NCBI GenBank assembly: GCA_965226495.1
Contig: OZ245365.1
Coordinates: 288,001-352,000 of the forward strand
Length of the DNA: 64,000 bases
Source of the DNA: Candidatus Marinacidobacterales bacterium
GTDB taxonomy: Bacteria > Acidobacteriota > Vicinamibacteria > Marinacidobacterales > DATDRI01
Direction: 5' to 3'
Position numbers and translations under genes: made by a program. Under the pieces are notes generated by a model that was not told the origin of the DNA, did no database searches, and was given only the letters and a program-made list of their open reading frames with translations. This document shows, one piece after another, positions 9,325-17,593 of the stretch (positions are counted from its first letter, which is position 1; each line of letters begins with the position of its first letter).

Positions 9325-10161
9325 CTAAGTGCCGACCAACACGTTGTCGATCAGCCGCGTCTCGCCGAAATAGATCGCCATCGAAAGCAGCGCGCGCTCA
9401 ACGCGACCGTCGAGCTCTTCCAGCGTTTCAGGATCGGCCACCGAGACATACTGAATACGCGCCATGGATTCGGCTCCGGCGACCTCGACCATTTTGTCCC
9501 GCAAACGGTCGGCTTCCAAGACGCCGTTCCTAAAGGCTCTGCTTGCCGCTTGCAAGGCACGGTAGAGTCCAGAAGCCGCCTTCCGTTGCTCCGAGCTGAG
9601 AAAGGCGTTGCGACTGGACACCGCGAGCCCGTCCGCCTCCCTGACAGTTGGGCAAACAACGACTTCAATTGGGAAGTCTAGGTCGTTTACCATGCGTCGA
9701 ATTACCAGCGACTGCTGGGCGTCCTTCTGCCCGAAATATGCCCGAGCGGGTTGGAAGTTGTGAAAGAGCTTGGTCACGATGGTCGTGACCCCGCGAAAGT
9801 GCCCTGGCCGGTGCTCTCCCTCGAGTACGCTCGTCAATCCCTCGACATCAACCCAGGTTTGGTATCCGGTCCGGTACAACGTGCTTCGACCCGGAATCCA
9901 GAGTAAATCGACGGCCTCAGCCTTCAGAAGTCGCTGATCACGCTCGAGATCGGATGGATAGGAATCCAGATCTTCTTGAAGGCCAAACTGAGTCGGGTTC
10001 ACGAATATACTTACTCCCACGCTGGCGCATTCTTCTCGAGCTCGTCTGACCAGCGAGAGATGGCCTTCGTGCAAGTACCCCATGGTGGGAACCAGGCCGA
10101 AGGGCTCCGGGAGTGATTCACGTTCCGCACGTAGCTCAGTATGGGAGTAGACGACTTTCAC
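9325..10161 (-). CDS. panC: Pantoate--beta-alanine ligase
   Basis: VPTMGYLHEGH, FVNPTQF, RPGHF, FGQKDAQQ and RLIDN. Confidence 0.97.
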   Translation of the reverse strand: MKVVYSHTELRAERESLPEPFGLVPTMGYLHEGHLSLVRRAREECASVGVSIFVNPTQFGLQEDLDSYPSDLERDQRLLKAEAVDLLWIPGRSTLYRTGYQTWVDVEGLTSVLEGEHRPGHFRGVTTIVTKLFHNFQPARAYFGQKDAQQSLVIRRMVNDLDFPIEVVVCPTVREADGLAVSSRNAFLSSEQRKAASGLYRALQAASRAFRNGVLEADRLRDKMVEVAGAESMARIQYVSVADPETLEELDGRVERALLSMAIYFGETRLIDNVLVGT

Positions 10162-10182
10162 GGTTCGAATCCTGATCTCAAT

Positions 10183-11145
10183 TCAAGGTTTGTTAGGAGC
10201 AGGGCACCGTGACTCGGACAGGGCTTCTCGCTTCGCGTGGGCCTTGGCGCCCACCAGGTTCCACAATGTCCAATTCACAGGGGTCTTGGTGCCGAGTCGC
10301 CTTCCTTCCTTCACAATCGCGCCGCTGATGGCATCGATCTCGGTTGGCGCCCCACGCTTAATGTCTTGCAACATGGAGGAAGCGTTTTGAGCCGTTCGCT
10401 CAGCGACCTGCTCGGCGGCTATCGCCGCATCAGCGTACGGAAGCCGGAGGCCGCTTGCCTCAGCGACTCCGGCCGCCTCCCGGGCCGCTTCGACCATCAC
10501 CCGGTAGGCACGCGCGTGTCGGAGCACTTCACCGTTCGTAATCTCCAACAGCGCCGTCACTGGGTTGATACCCGCATTGATGGCCAGCTTTCCCCACGCA
10601 AGGCCCGCGAGGTCTTCGGTTGAGCGCACTTCGAAGCCTGCGGATTGCAGCAGGTCAACTACTGGTTCGAGCCGCGGGTGAGAGGCAACGTGGGTTGGGC
10701 CGACTCCTCCTGGCCTCACCCTCCCCGGGGCGAGCAGCGAGGCCCCCAAGGTTGTCACTCCCATGGCCGTACGTTCCTGACCCAGCGCGGCCTGAAGGGT
10801 CTCCAAGTTACCGAGCCCATTTTGCAGTGTAAGTGCGATGCCATCGGTGGCGAGACACTGGGATAACATCTTCGCTGCACGCGCCGTCTGCCAGGACTTC
10901 ACCAGCACCAGCGCCGTTCTTGCTCCTGCACACTGCTCAGGGTGAGAGGCGACTTCTACCTCGGCTCGGCACAGCTCTCCATTCTCTTCAAGGTGAAGCC
11001 CGTCACGCCGCACCACCTCCATTCCCTGCTTCCAAGTTCCGAGCAGGGTAACTTGCGCATGGGCCGCGAGCCGAGCGCCAATGAGGCTAGCCATCGCGCC
11101 CGTCCCAACGATCAGAATCTCCCGATCGTTCCCCGGCCTAGTCAT
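10183..11145 (-). CDS. panE: 2-dehydropantoate 2-reductase
   Basis: GTGAMA, VKSWQ, LQNGLG, WGKLAINAGIN, SSMLQD and TEID. Confidence 0.95.
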   Translation of the reverse strand: MTRPGNDREILIVGTGAMASLIGARLAAHAQVTLLGTWKQGMEVVRRDGLHLEENGELCRAEVEVASHPEQCAGARTALVLVKSWQTARAAKMLSQCLATDGIALTLQNGLGNLETLQAALGQERTAMGVTTLGASLLAPGRVRPGGVGPTHVASHPRLEPVVDLLQSAGFEVRSTEDLAGLAWGKLAINAGINPVTALLEITNGEVLRHARAYRVMVEAAREAAGVAEASGLRLPYADAAIAAEQVAERTAQNASSMLQDIKRGAPTEIDAISGAIVKEGRRLGTKTPVNWTLWNLVGAKAHAKREALSESRCPAPNKP

Positions 11146-12031
11146 CCGAGCCCGCCCGTCTCTCGTTCAGCCACTCTTGCAGATCGCTCCAATCCTTTTC
11201 GGGCATCTCGAAGGTGTGCTCTTCGAGGGGGAATCGGCCTTTTTCAACGTCTTGCTTATATGCCGCAATAGCGCGGCTCATCTCGCCGCCCAGATCCACA
11301 TATTGCTTTGCAAACCCGGGTGTTAAACGGTCGAACAGGCCCAGGATGTCATGCGTTACCAAAACCTGGCCGTCGCAGTCTGGGCCGGCACCGATGCCAA
11401 TTGTCGGAATCTCGACCTGTTCGGTCACGAGCCGGCCCAGCCGAGCCGGTATGCTCTCCAGAACAAGCGAAAAGCAGCCGGCCTGTTCGAGCAGCTTGGC
11501 GTCTTCGATCAAACGAATGGCGTCTCCGGTTTCCTTGGCTTGCGCCCGAAATCCTCCGAGTTGGTGCACCGACTGAGGTGTCAAGCCCAAGTGTCCCTGA
11601 ACCGGAATTCCGGATCCAACGATGGCGCGGATCGCTTCGACCCGTTCACGGCCACCTTCAAGCTTCACCGCATGCATACCTCCTTCTTTTAGGAAGCGCC
11701 CGGCGTTGCGCACCGCAGTTTCGACAGAGGCCTGATACGACATGAACGGCATGTCACCAATCAACAGTGCGAACGTGGCGCCCCGCGCCACCGCCTTACA
11801 GTGGTGAATCATGTCATCCATCGTGACGGGAAGCGTATTTTCGTAGCCCAGCATCACCATTGCCAAAGAGTCTCCGACTAGGATCGAATCGATGCCTGCC
11901 TGGTCGACGGCCAGCGCGGTGGCATAGTCGTAGGCGGTGAGCATAGTAAGGGTTTCGCCTTTGACTTTCTTCAGACGAAAAGAGTGCGTCGTGATCTTCT
12001 TGCGGATCTTCGGGGGCAGAGCCGTGGACAT
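11138..12031 (-). CDS. panB: 3-methyl-2-oxobutanoate hydroxymethyltransferase
   Basis: MLTAYD, LVGDSL, DMPFMSY, KLEGG, GHLGLTPQ and GIGAG. Confidence 0.97.
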   Translation of the reverse strand: MSTALPPKIRKKITTHSFRLKKVKGETLTMLTAYDYATALAVDQAGIDSILVGDSLAMVMLGYENTLPVTMDDMIHHCKAVARGATFALLIGDMPFMSYQASVETAVRNAGRFLKEGGMHAVKLEGGRERVEAIRAIVGSGIPVQGHLGLTPQSVHQLGGFRAQAKETGDAIRLIEDAKLLEQAGCFSLVLESIPARLGRLVTEQVEIPTIGIGAGPDCDGQVLVTHDILGLFDRLTPGFAKQYVDLGGEMSRAIAAYKQDVEKGRFPLEEHTFEMPEKDWSDLQEWLNERRAGSDD

Positions 12032-12073
12032 CGCTATCTCCTCCTACGAGTGAGATGCACCAAGGACAAAATA

Positions 12074-12152
12074 CCAGCCCCGGCCTTGGGCGGGACAGGA
12101 GCGCATATCGTATTGTCCTGCCGTCTCGGTCGTTGCGCGATCCGAGCGGCAC
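12074..12152 (-). ncRNA. Probable pan RNA motif (cis-regulatory leader of panB)
   Basis: Minus strand TGCCGCTCGG...CCGAGACGGCAGGACAA bulged hairpin, then a second related hairpin; lies between TATAAT (12157-12162) and the panB RBS; resembles the pan motif as recalled. Confidence 0.65.
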
Positions 12153-12269
12153 CCGAATTATAGCCTAGCTAGAATCACGTGCTAGCTTGCATTTGAGGGT
12201 GGGTTGGGTCGAGGCTTCCGAGGATGCGCTGGTCGGCTACACGGACAAGGACGCCGCCGCGTAGTGGAG

Positions 12270-13601
12270 CTAGGGGAGGATCTTGTGACGCTTCATTTTT
12301 TCGTGGAGCGTCGTGGGGTTGAGACGGAGTTTCTCCGCCGCCCTCTTCTGGCTCCCGTCTACGCGTTCCAGCGTCTGGATGATGATGCGTTTTTCGATGT
12401 CGGCGATGAACTCGCGGAGCGACAGGTTGTTCAGTCTTGCGGTCTCGGGAACTCCGAGGGAGGGGGCGGCGCAGAACTGTTCGGGTAGCGTTGTTCCCTC
12501 GAACCTAGCGGCGGACGCCATGGAAACAGCGCGTTCGATGACCATCGAGAGTTCGGCCACGTTACCGGGCCAATCGTACGAGAGGTAGTTTTCGATCGTT
12601 TGAGAAGGAACGCCCAGCGGCTTCAGACTGAAGCGTTCGCAGAAGCGCTTCAAGAAATGGTCGACTAATACGGGTATGTCTCCCCGTACCTCGCGCAGAG
12701 GGGGTATGGAGATACGAACCGCCGAGAGTTGATCGAACAACCTGTTGTCGAACTCACCGCGGCGGACGGTTTCCTTGAGGGAGGGGTCGGCAGAAGTGAT
12801 GATTCGGAACGGGACCGGTTGGTCAAGCAGCTTGTACAAGGCGTCTTGATCGAGTGGCGAAAGGGCGGTGAGCTCGGAAAAGTAAATAGCGCCGGGACGG
12901 AACGTCCCGCTGCTATATGCTGGGAAGCGTCCCGGCTCGTCGCCGGTCGTCAGCTCTTCGAGGAGCCGCGTCAGCTCTCCCCTCGGGAGGCTCGGGATTT
13001 CCACAGGGAGAAACGTCGAATGGGGGTTCCGGCCATGTCGATGGATGAGCTCTGCGGCCAGGCGTCGGCCGGTGCCGTCCTCGCAGAGCAGCAGAACCGG
13101 ACCAGTGGAGAGTGCCGCGGTGGCGATGGCTTTTCTCACCTCCTGAGATTCGGGAGTGCAACCGACCCAGTCTCCCAAACTCAGCGCCCGTCCCAGTTGT
13201 CGTTTGAGAATACGGTTTTCTTGAAGGAGTTTGCGGTGAACCATCGCGGACTCGACCGCCATGGCGAGAGTCTTCCGCTCCAGCGGCTTGACCAAGAGCC
13301 CCGCTGGACGGAGCTGAGGCCCCTCGAGTCCTTGTAAATCCATTCCTGCCGGGGCCACGAGGAGTATCTCCAAGTCAGGATCCGTCGACTTCACGATCTG
13401 GATTGCATGGCGGATCGGCTCCGTCAACGATTCGGCGTCGATCACGACCAGATGGTGCGGCCGTTCCCGAAGTATCTCGATGGCCTCGTCGAACGAGAGG
13501 GCGTGTGACAACTGCCAGGCTTGACCCGTCAAGTCGGAAGCAAAGTCCCCGTGGATTAAGTGCTCTCCTACTATGAGTATGGATTCATCTGCCATAACCA
13601 A
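12270..13601 (-). CDS. Degenerate NtrC-family regulator (REC-AAA-Fis HTH)
   Basis: YDWPGNVAEL, ISIPPLRE and GSQKRAAEKL HTH; Walker A/B altered and GAFTGA absent. Confidence 0.85.
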   Translation of the reverse strand: MVMADESILIVGEHLIHGDFASDLTGQAWQLSHALSFDEAIEILRERPHHLVVIDAESLTEPIRHAIQIVKSTDPDLEILLVAPAGMDLQGLEGPQLRPAGLLVKPLERKTLAMAVESAMVHRKLLQENRILKRQLGRALSLGDWVGCTPESQEVRKAIATAALSTGPVLLLCEDGTGRRLAAELIHRHGRNPHSTFLPVEIPSLPRGELTRLLEELTTGDEPGRFPAYSSGTFRPGAIYFSELTALSPLDQDALYKLLDQPVPFRIITSADPSLKETVRRGEFDNRLFDQLSAVRISIPPLREVRGDIPVLVDHFLKRFCERFSLKPLGVPSQTIENYLSYDWPGNVAELSMVIERAVSMASAARFEGTTLPEQFCAAPSLGVPETARLNNLSLREFIADIEKRIIIQTLERVDGSQKRAAEKLRLNPTTLHEKMKRHKILP

Positions 13602-13811
13602 CTCGTTTTCTGACCGCCACCGGAGGCCCGGTGGGTCGCGCGATCGACATGACGGTTCGGGCGGTTCGGTGAACGGAATGTGTTTCCTGTTCTCCCGAAG
13701 TCATACGGACGCCATGCCGGCTCGCACCTGAGCGATAGCGTTCGAATTTGGCACTGTTTGTTCCCATGAGTGGACAATCCAGTAGCTAGACCGGTATTCA
13801 ATGTACACAAG

Positions 13812-13827
13812 AGCAATTCTGATGCCA
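13812..13827 (-). promoter_or_regulatory. Sigma54 -24/-12 promoter
   Basis: TGGCATCAGAATTGCT, upstream of the degenerate activator gene. Confidence 0.7.
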
Positions 13828-13944
13828 TGGAGAGAAGTCGGCTAACCGCTTCTGATAATTGGATGGCTAGGAGAGATACTTCAAGAAACTGAATAGATTC
13901 TTTAATGAGTGGCTAGTGTTTTTACATGAGCCGTCAGCTGTTCC

Positions 13945-14170
13945 GAAGCCGCCGCCGGCCGCAGCGAGCTTGTCGAGCGGAGGCCAGCGGCCGAACGCAG
14001 CCGTGAGCCCATGCGAAGTCGCCAGTCGACGTAGCATGAGGCGTGGGGGTGGGGCCCCGCGCCACTCATGAAGGAGTGAGGCCGCATTTGAGAAAGCCGG
14101 CGAAGGGACGGCGGTTTGTCAGATTCTGCTTGCCGCCAAATGGCGTGGTTGCTTTAACCGGAGCTAGTCA
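13945..14170 (-). repeat. Dispersed intergenic repeat element, copy 2 (inverted)
   Basis: Reverse complement matches 1851-2080. Confidence 0.85.
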
Positions 14171-14296
14171 GACGGGTTTTCAGATCATGGTGGCCGTCAA
14201 ACTACGTGCTGCCATCGAACGAGGTGGCCAGACGGGCACTCAGTTCCTGTTGGCCGTCAAATTAGGCGGTTGCTCTAACCGGAGCTAGCCAGACGG
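14131..14296 (-). repeat. Three degenerate tandem units of ~60-bp period
   Basis: CCGTC-TGGCTAGCTC-N19/20-TTTGACGGCCA units at ~14131, 14191 and 14251. Confidence 0.75.
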
Positions 14297-14916
14297 CGGT
14301 GGCGCCCCGCCGCACTGATGAGGCTTGGTGCGGTGCTGGATGCGAGCACCTGGCTTGCAAAAAACGAGTGGACGCGGTCATCCCCGGACAGCTCGGGGTG
14401 AAATGTTGTCGCCATGACGCGGCCCTGGCGTACGAAGACCGGGTCGCCTCGATGGTTGGCCAGGACTTCGACGTCTTTGCCCACCGCTCGAATGATGGGG
14501 GCTCGGATGAAAACCATCTCGAGGGGAGGAGCTCCCAGAGGCGGGCATGGTTCACGGGCGATGTGGCTTTGCGCCTGCCGCCCGTACCCATTTCGCTCGA
14601 TCGAGATATCTAGAAGTGACAAGGTTGCCTGGCTTGGAGAGGTTGCCTTCCTCGCCAACAGGATGGCGCCGGCACAGGTTCCATAAAGTGCCCCACCGTC
14701 TTCATGAAATGCGGCGACGGGGTTCATCAGAGACTCCTCGATTAGGAGCTTGAGCATGGTGGTGCTTTCGCCACCGGGCAGAATGAGGCCCTCGAGCGAC
14801 TCGAGCTCACGGGCGTGTCGGACGAGTCGACTCTCTACACCGAGGCGGTCCAGTACCTCCTGATGCTCGGCGTAGTCGCCCTGGAGGGCGAGAATTCCAA
14901 TGCGAGGTTCACGCAT
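14275..14916 (-). CDS. pdxT: PLP synthase glutaminase subunit
   Basis: GILALQG, PGGESTT, GTCAG, RNGYGRQ, FIRAP and FHPEL. Confidence 0.95.
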   Translation of the reverse strand: MREPRIGILALQGDYAEHQEVLDRLGVESRLVRHARELESLEGLILPGGESTTMLKLLIEESLMNPVAAFHEDGGALYGTCAGAILLARKATSPSQATLSLLDISIERNGYGRQAQSHIAREPCPPLGAPPLEMVFIRAPIIRAVGKDVEVLANHRGDPVFVRQGRVMATTFHPELSGDDRVHSFFASQVLASSTAPSLISAAGRHRRLASSG

Positions 14917-14924
14917 ATTTCACT

Positions 14925-15077
14925 CGCCTTCGCCAGCTCCACGGGCGAGTTGGCTTCGGCTCGGCCAGGCTTGCGCCATCCGCCTTCGTTCGCTGCTTTG
15001 GATCTGTGATCAGCGAACTTCGGCGAGACCTCGCCGAAGGCAGGTGCATTAGTGACGCCTGCCATGGCGAAGGCGGG
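14925..15077. repeat. REP-like palindromic cluster between pdxS and pdxT
   Basis: CGCCTTCG...CGAAGGCGG inverted motifs and the hairpin CTTCGGCGAG-AC-CTCGCCGAAG. Confidence 0.55.
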
Positions 15078-15956
15078 TTACCAGCCGCGGGTCTGCAGTA
15101 GATCCTTCGGTTCCAAACGCGCAATGTCGATCCCCTTCATGGGCTCACCCAGATCCTGTGAGACTTCTGCAAGGACCTTGGGCTCGTTGCAGTGAGTGAC
15201 CGCCTTGACGATTGCCACGGCCTGCTTCGCCGGGTCTTCCGACTTGAAGACACCTGAGCCCACGAAAACGGTTTCTGCCCCGAGCTGCATGCAAAGCGCC
15301 GCGTCGGCGGGCGTCGCAACTCCACCGGCCGCGAAGTTGGGAACCGGCAACTTCCCCTTCTCCGCAACCAATCTCACGAGCTCGTAGGGCGCGCCGAGCC
15401 TCTTGGCTTCTGCCATAAGCTCCTCCTCACCCATCACAGTGAGTCGACGCATCTCGCGGTTCATTTGTCTGAGATGGCGAACCGCTTCGACGATGTTGCC
15501 GGAGCCTGCCTCGCCCTTCGTGCGGATGAGGGCAGCCCCCTCGCCGATCCGGCGCAACGCCTCACCGAGATCACGACAACCACAAACGAACGGAACCTCG
15601 AACTGGTGTTTATCGATGTGGTTTTCCTCATCGGCCGGCGTGAGCACTTCACTTTCATCGATGAAGTCGACGCCGAGCTCCTGAAGGATTTGGGCCTCTA
15701 CGAAGTGGCCGATGCGTACCTTAGCCATAACCGGAATGCTCACCGCTGCCATGATATCCCGGATCTTGCGAGGCGATGCCATTCGCGCGATCCCGCCCTC
15801 TTTCCGGATGTCGGCCGGGACTCTCTCCAGCGCCATTACCGAGACCGCCCCTGCGTCTTCCGCGATCTTCGCCTGTTCGGCGTTAGTGACATCCATGATG
15901 GCGCCGCCTTTCAACATGTCGGCGAGACCAGTCTTTAGTCTGAGTTCTGTTGTCAT
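15078..15956 (-). CDS. pdxS: PLP synthase lyase subunit
   Basis: [32 protein letters not shown] and [13 protein letters not shown]. Confidence 0.97.
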   Translation of the reverse strand: MTTELRLKTGLADMLKGGAIMDVTNAEQAKIAEDAGAVSVMALERVPADIRKEGGIARMASPRKIRDIMAAVSIPVMAKVRIGHFVEAQILQELGVDFIDESEVLTPADEENHIDKHQFEVPFVCGCRDLGEALRRIGEGAALIRTKGEAGSGNIVEAVRHLRQMNREMRRLTVMGEEELMAEAKRLGAPYELVRLVAEKGKLPVPNFAAGGVATPADAALCMQLGAETVFVGSGVFKSEDPAKQAVAIVKAVTHCNEPKVLAEVSQDLGEPMKGIDIARLEPKDLLQTRGW

Positions 15957-15976
15957 GATTCTTACCTCCGTTCGTT

Positions 15977-17491
15977 CTAGATATGAAATACCGGCTCACC
16001 GACGGACTGCAACGATCGCTGCGGCTCCCTCGTGATGTACCGCTCGATGAGTTTTCCTAGTCGTTGCACGCCTTCCTCGATGCGATCGGTCGGGACGCGT
16101 GAGATGGAAAGCCGCAGAAATTGCTGGCCCTTTCCATCGATGAAGAACTGACTGCCGGGAGAGAAGAGCACGCCGGCACGCGCCCCGTCCGCGAGAAGGA
16201 TCTCACTGGAGAGATGATGAGGAAGGGTGATCCAAAAGGCATAGCCGCCTTCCGGCTCCGTCCAGGAGACACCTTCCGGAAAGTAGTCGGCCATTGCTTT
16301 CAGCAGGAGCTGGTTTTTCTTCCTGTTCACCCGAGCCAGGTTCCTGAGATGATTTTTGTAATGGCCTCGTTCGCAAAATTCCAGCACCGCCGCCTGAAGG
16401 AGCTGGCTGGTGTGATAGTCGGTGAACATCTTGGCGCGTCGGAGTATTCCAACCAGCTCCGGTGGCGCTACGATCCACCCGAGTCGGAGACCGGGAAAGA
16501 GTCCCTTGGAAAAAGTGCCTAGGTAGAGCACGCTTCCGCCCACGTCGAGTGCTTTGATCGGTGGCAAGGCCTCCCCACGGAAGCGAAGCTCGGAGTCGAA
16601 ATCGTCCTCCACGATCGGTACTCCGTAGCGGCCAGCCAGATTGAGAAGCGTTCGTCTCGACGCAAGGTCCATGGTGATGCCGGTGGGATTGTGAAAGGTG
16701 GGCATCGTGTAGATCAGTCGTACCGGTCGGCTCGCCAAGGTCGCTTCGAGGGCTTGCTGATCTATGCCTCGTTCGGCCATCGGAATGCCGATAACGCGCG
16801 CCTGATACTGCGCGAGAACCGGAAGGACTGCGGTGTAGGTCGGGCTCTCCACCACGACCGTGTCTCCCGGATTGACCAGCGCCCGGAAGACGAGGTCCAG
16901 ACCTTGCTGGGAACCGTTGACGATCAAAACGTGCTCAGGCGTCGCTCGGACTTTACGCTCCGCAAGCCGCTCCGCGATGTATCGACGCAGCGGCGGGTAG
17001 CCGGGCACTGCCCCGTATTGCAGGAGCCGCTTCCCTTGACTGCGTAAGACGGCGTCGACGGTTTTGCGAAATGGCTCGATGGGGAAAAGCTCCTCGTCAG
17101 GGATGAGCGATGCAAAATCGATGGGATCGGGATGCTCGATGGGAGGAGCTTCTGAAAGCAGATGCCGGCCAGCTGCCTCCATCGCCCGCGAAATGGGCCA
17201 CGTCAATGTTTTTGCGTGCTGTGGCTCCGCGCTGTCCAAGACGAAAGTCCCTTGGCCGACGTGAGAGCGCACCAAGCCTTCTGACGCCAAGCCGTCGTAG
17301 GCGCTGGCAACCGTAGCCCGATTGACGCTTAGGCGGATGGCGAGGTCGCGGCCGGCAGGGAGGCGTGTGCCGGGTACCAGCTTGCCACTGAGGATGAGTT
17401 GGGTGATCTGCCTTTGCACCTGCCGATAGAGCGGCAGGTCCGCCCCCCGGTCCAAGTGGATTGGCAGTGTCGACGAAGCCAATTGGCCCAT
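15977..17491 (-). CDS. pdxR: MocR/GabR-family regulator (GntR HTH + PLP aminotransferase fold), PdxR-like
   Basis: PLYRQV...GTRLP...[22 protein letters not shown] and GTFSK..PGLRLGW; directly upstream of pdxST. Confidence 0.8.
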   Translation of the reverse strand: MGQLASSTLPIHLDRGADLPLYRQVQRQITQLILSGKLVPGTRLPAGRDLAIRLSVNRATVASAYDGLASEGLVRSHVGQGTFVLDSAEPQHAKTLTWPISRAMEAAGRHLLSEAPPIEHPDPIDFASLIPDEELFPIEPFRKTVDAVLRSQGKRLLQYGAVPGYPPLRRYIAERLAERKVRATPEHVLIVNGSQQGLDLVFRALVNPGDTVVVESPTYTAVLPVLAQYQARVIGIPMAERGIDQQALEATLASRPVRLIYTMPTFHNPTGITMDLASRRTLLNLAGRYGVPIVEDDFDSELRFRGEALPPIKALDVGGSVLYLGTFSKGLFPGLRLGWIVAPPELVGILRRAKMFTDYHTSQLLQAAVLEFCERGHYKNHLRNLARVNRKKNQLLLKAMADYFPEGVSWTEPEGGYAFWITLPHHLSSEILLADGARAGVLFSPGSQFFIDGKGQQFLRLSISRVPTDRIEEGVQRLGKLIERYITREPQRSLQSVGEPVFHI

Positions 17492-17551
17492 ACCAATACT
17501 TATTATCGCGCAATTCCAGGCTTGTCAAGCTAAGACAATTGCCAATTGGCC
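17478..17551. promoter_or_regulatory. Putative MocR operator pair and sigma70 -35 element
   Basis: Palindromic GCCAATTGGCC at 17478 and 17541; TTGACA on the minus strand at 17523-17528. Confidence 0.55.
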
Positions 17552-17593
17552 TAGAACAAGGCCGGTCCAAGACGGGGGTCAATCGGGGCGCTA

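Noticed and set aside
14131-14296. Integron attC sites or a TIGR guide array
   Set aside because: No proper RYYYAAC/GTTRRRY pair, no integrase, no box C motif and no adjacent Nop-domain gene
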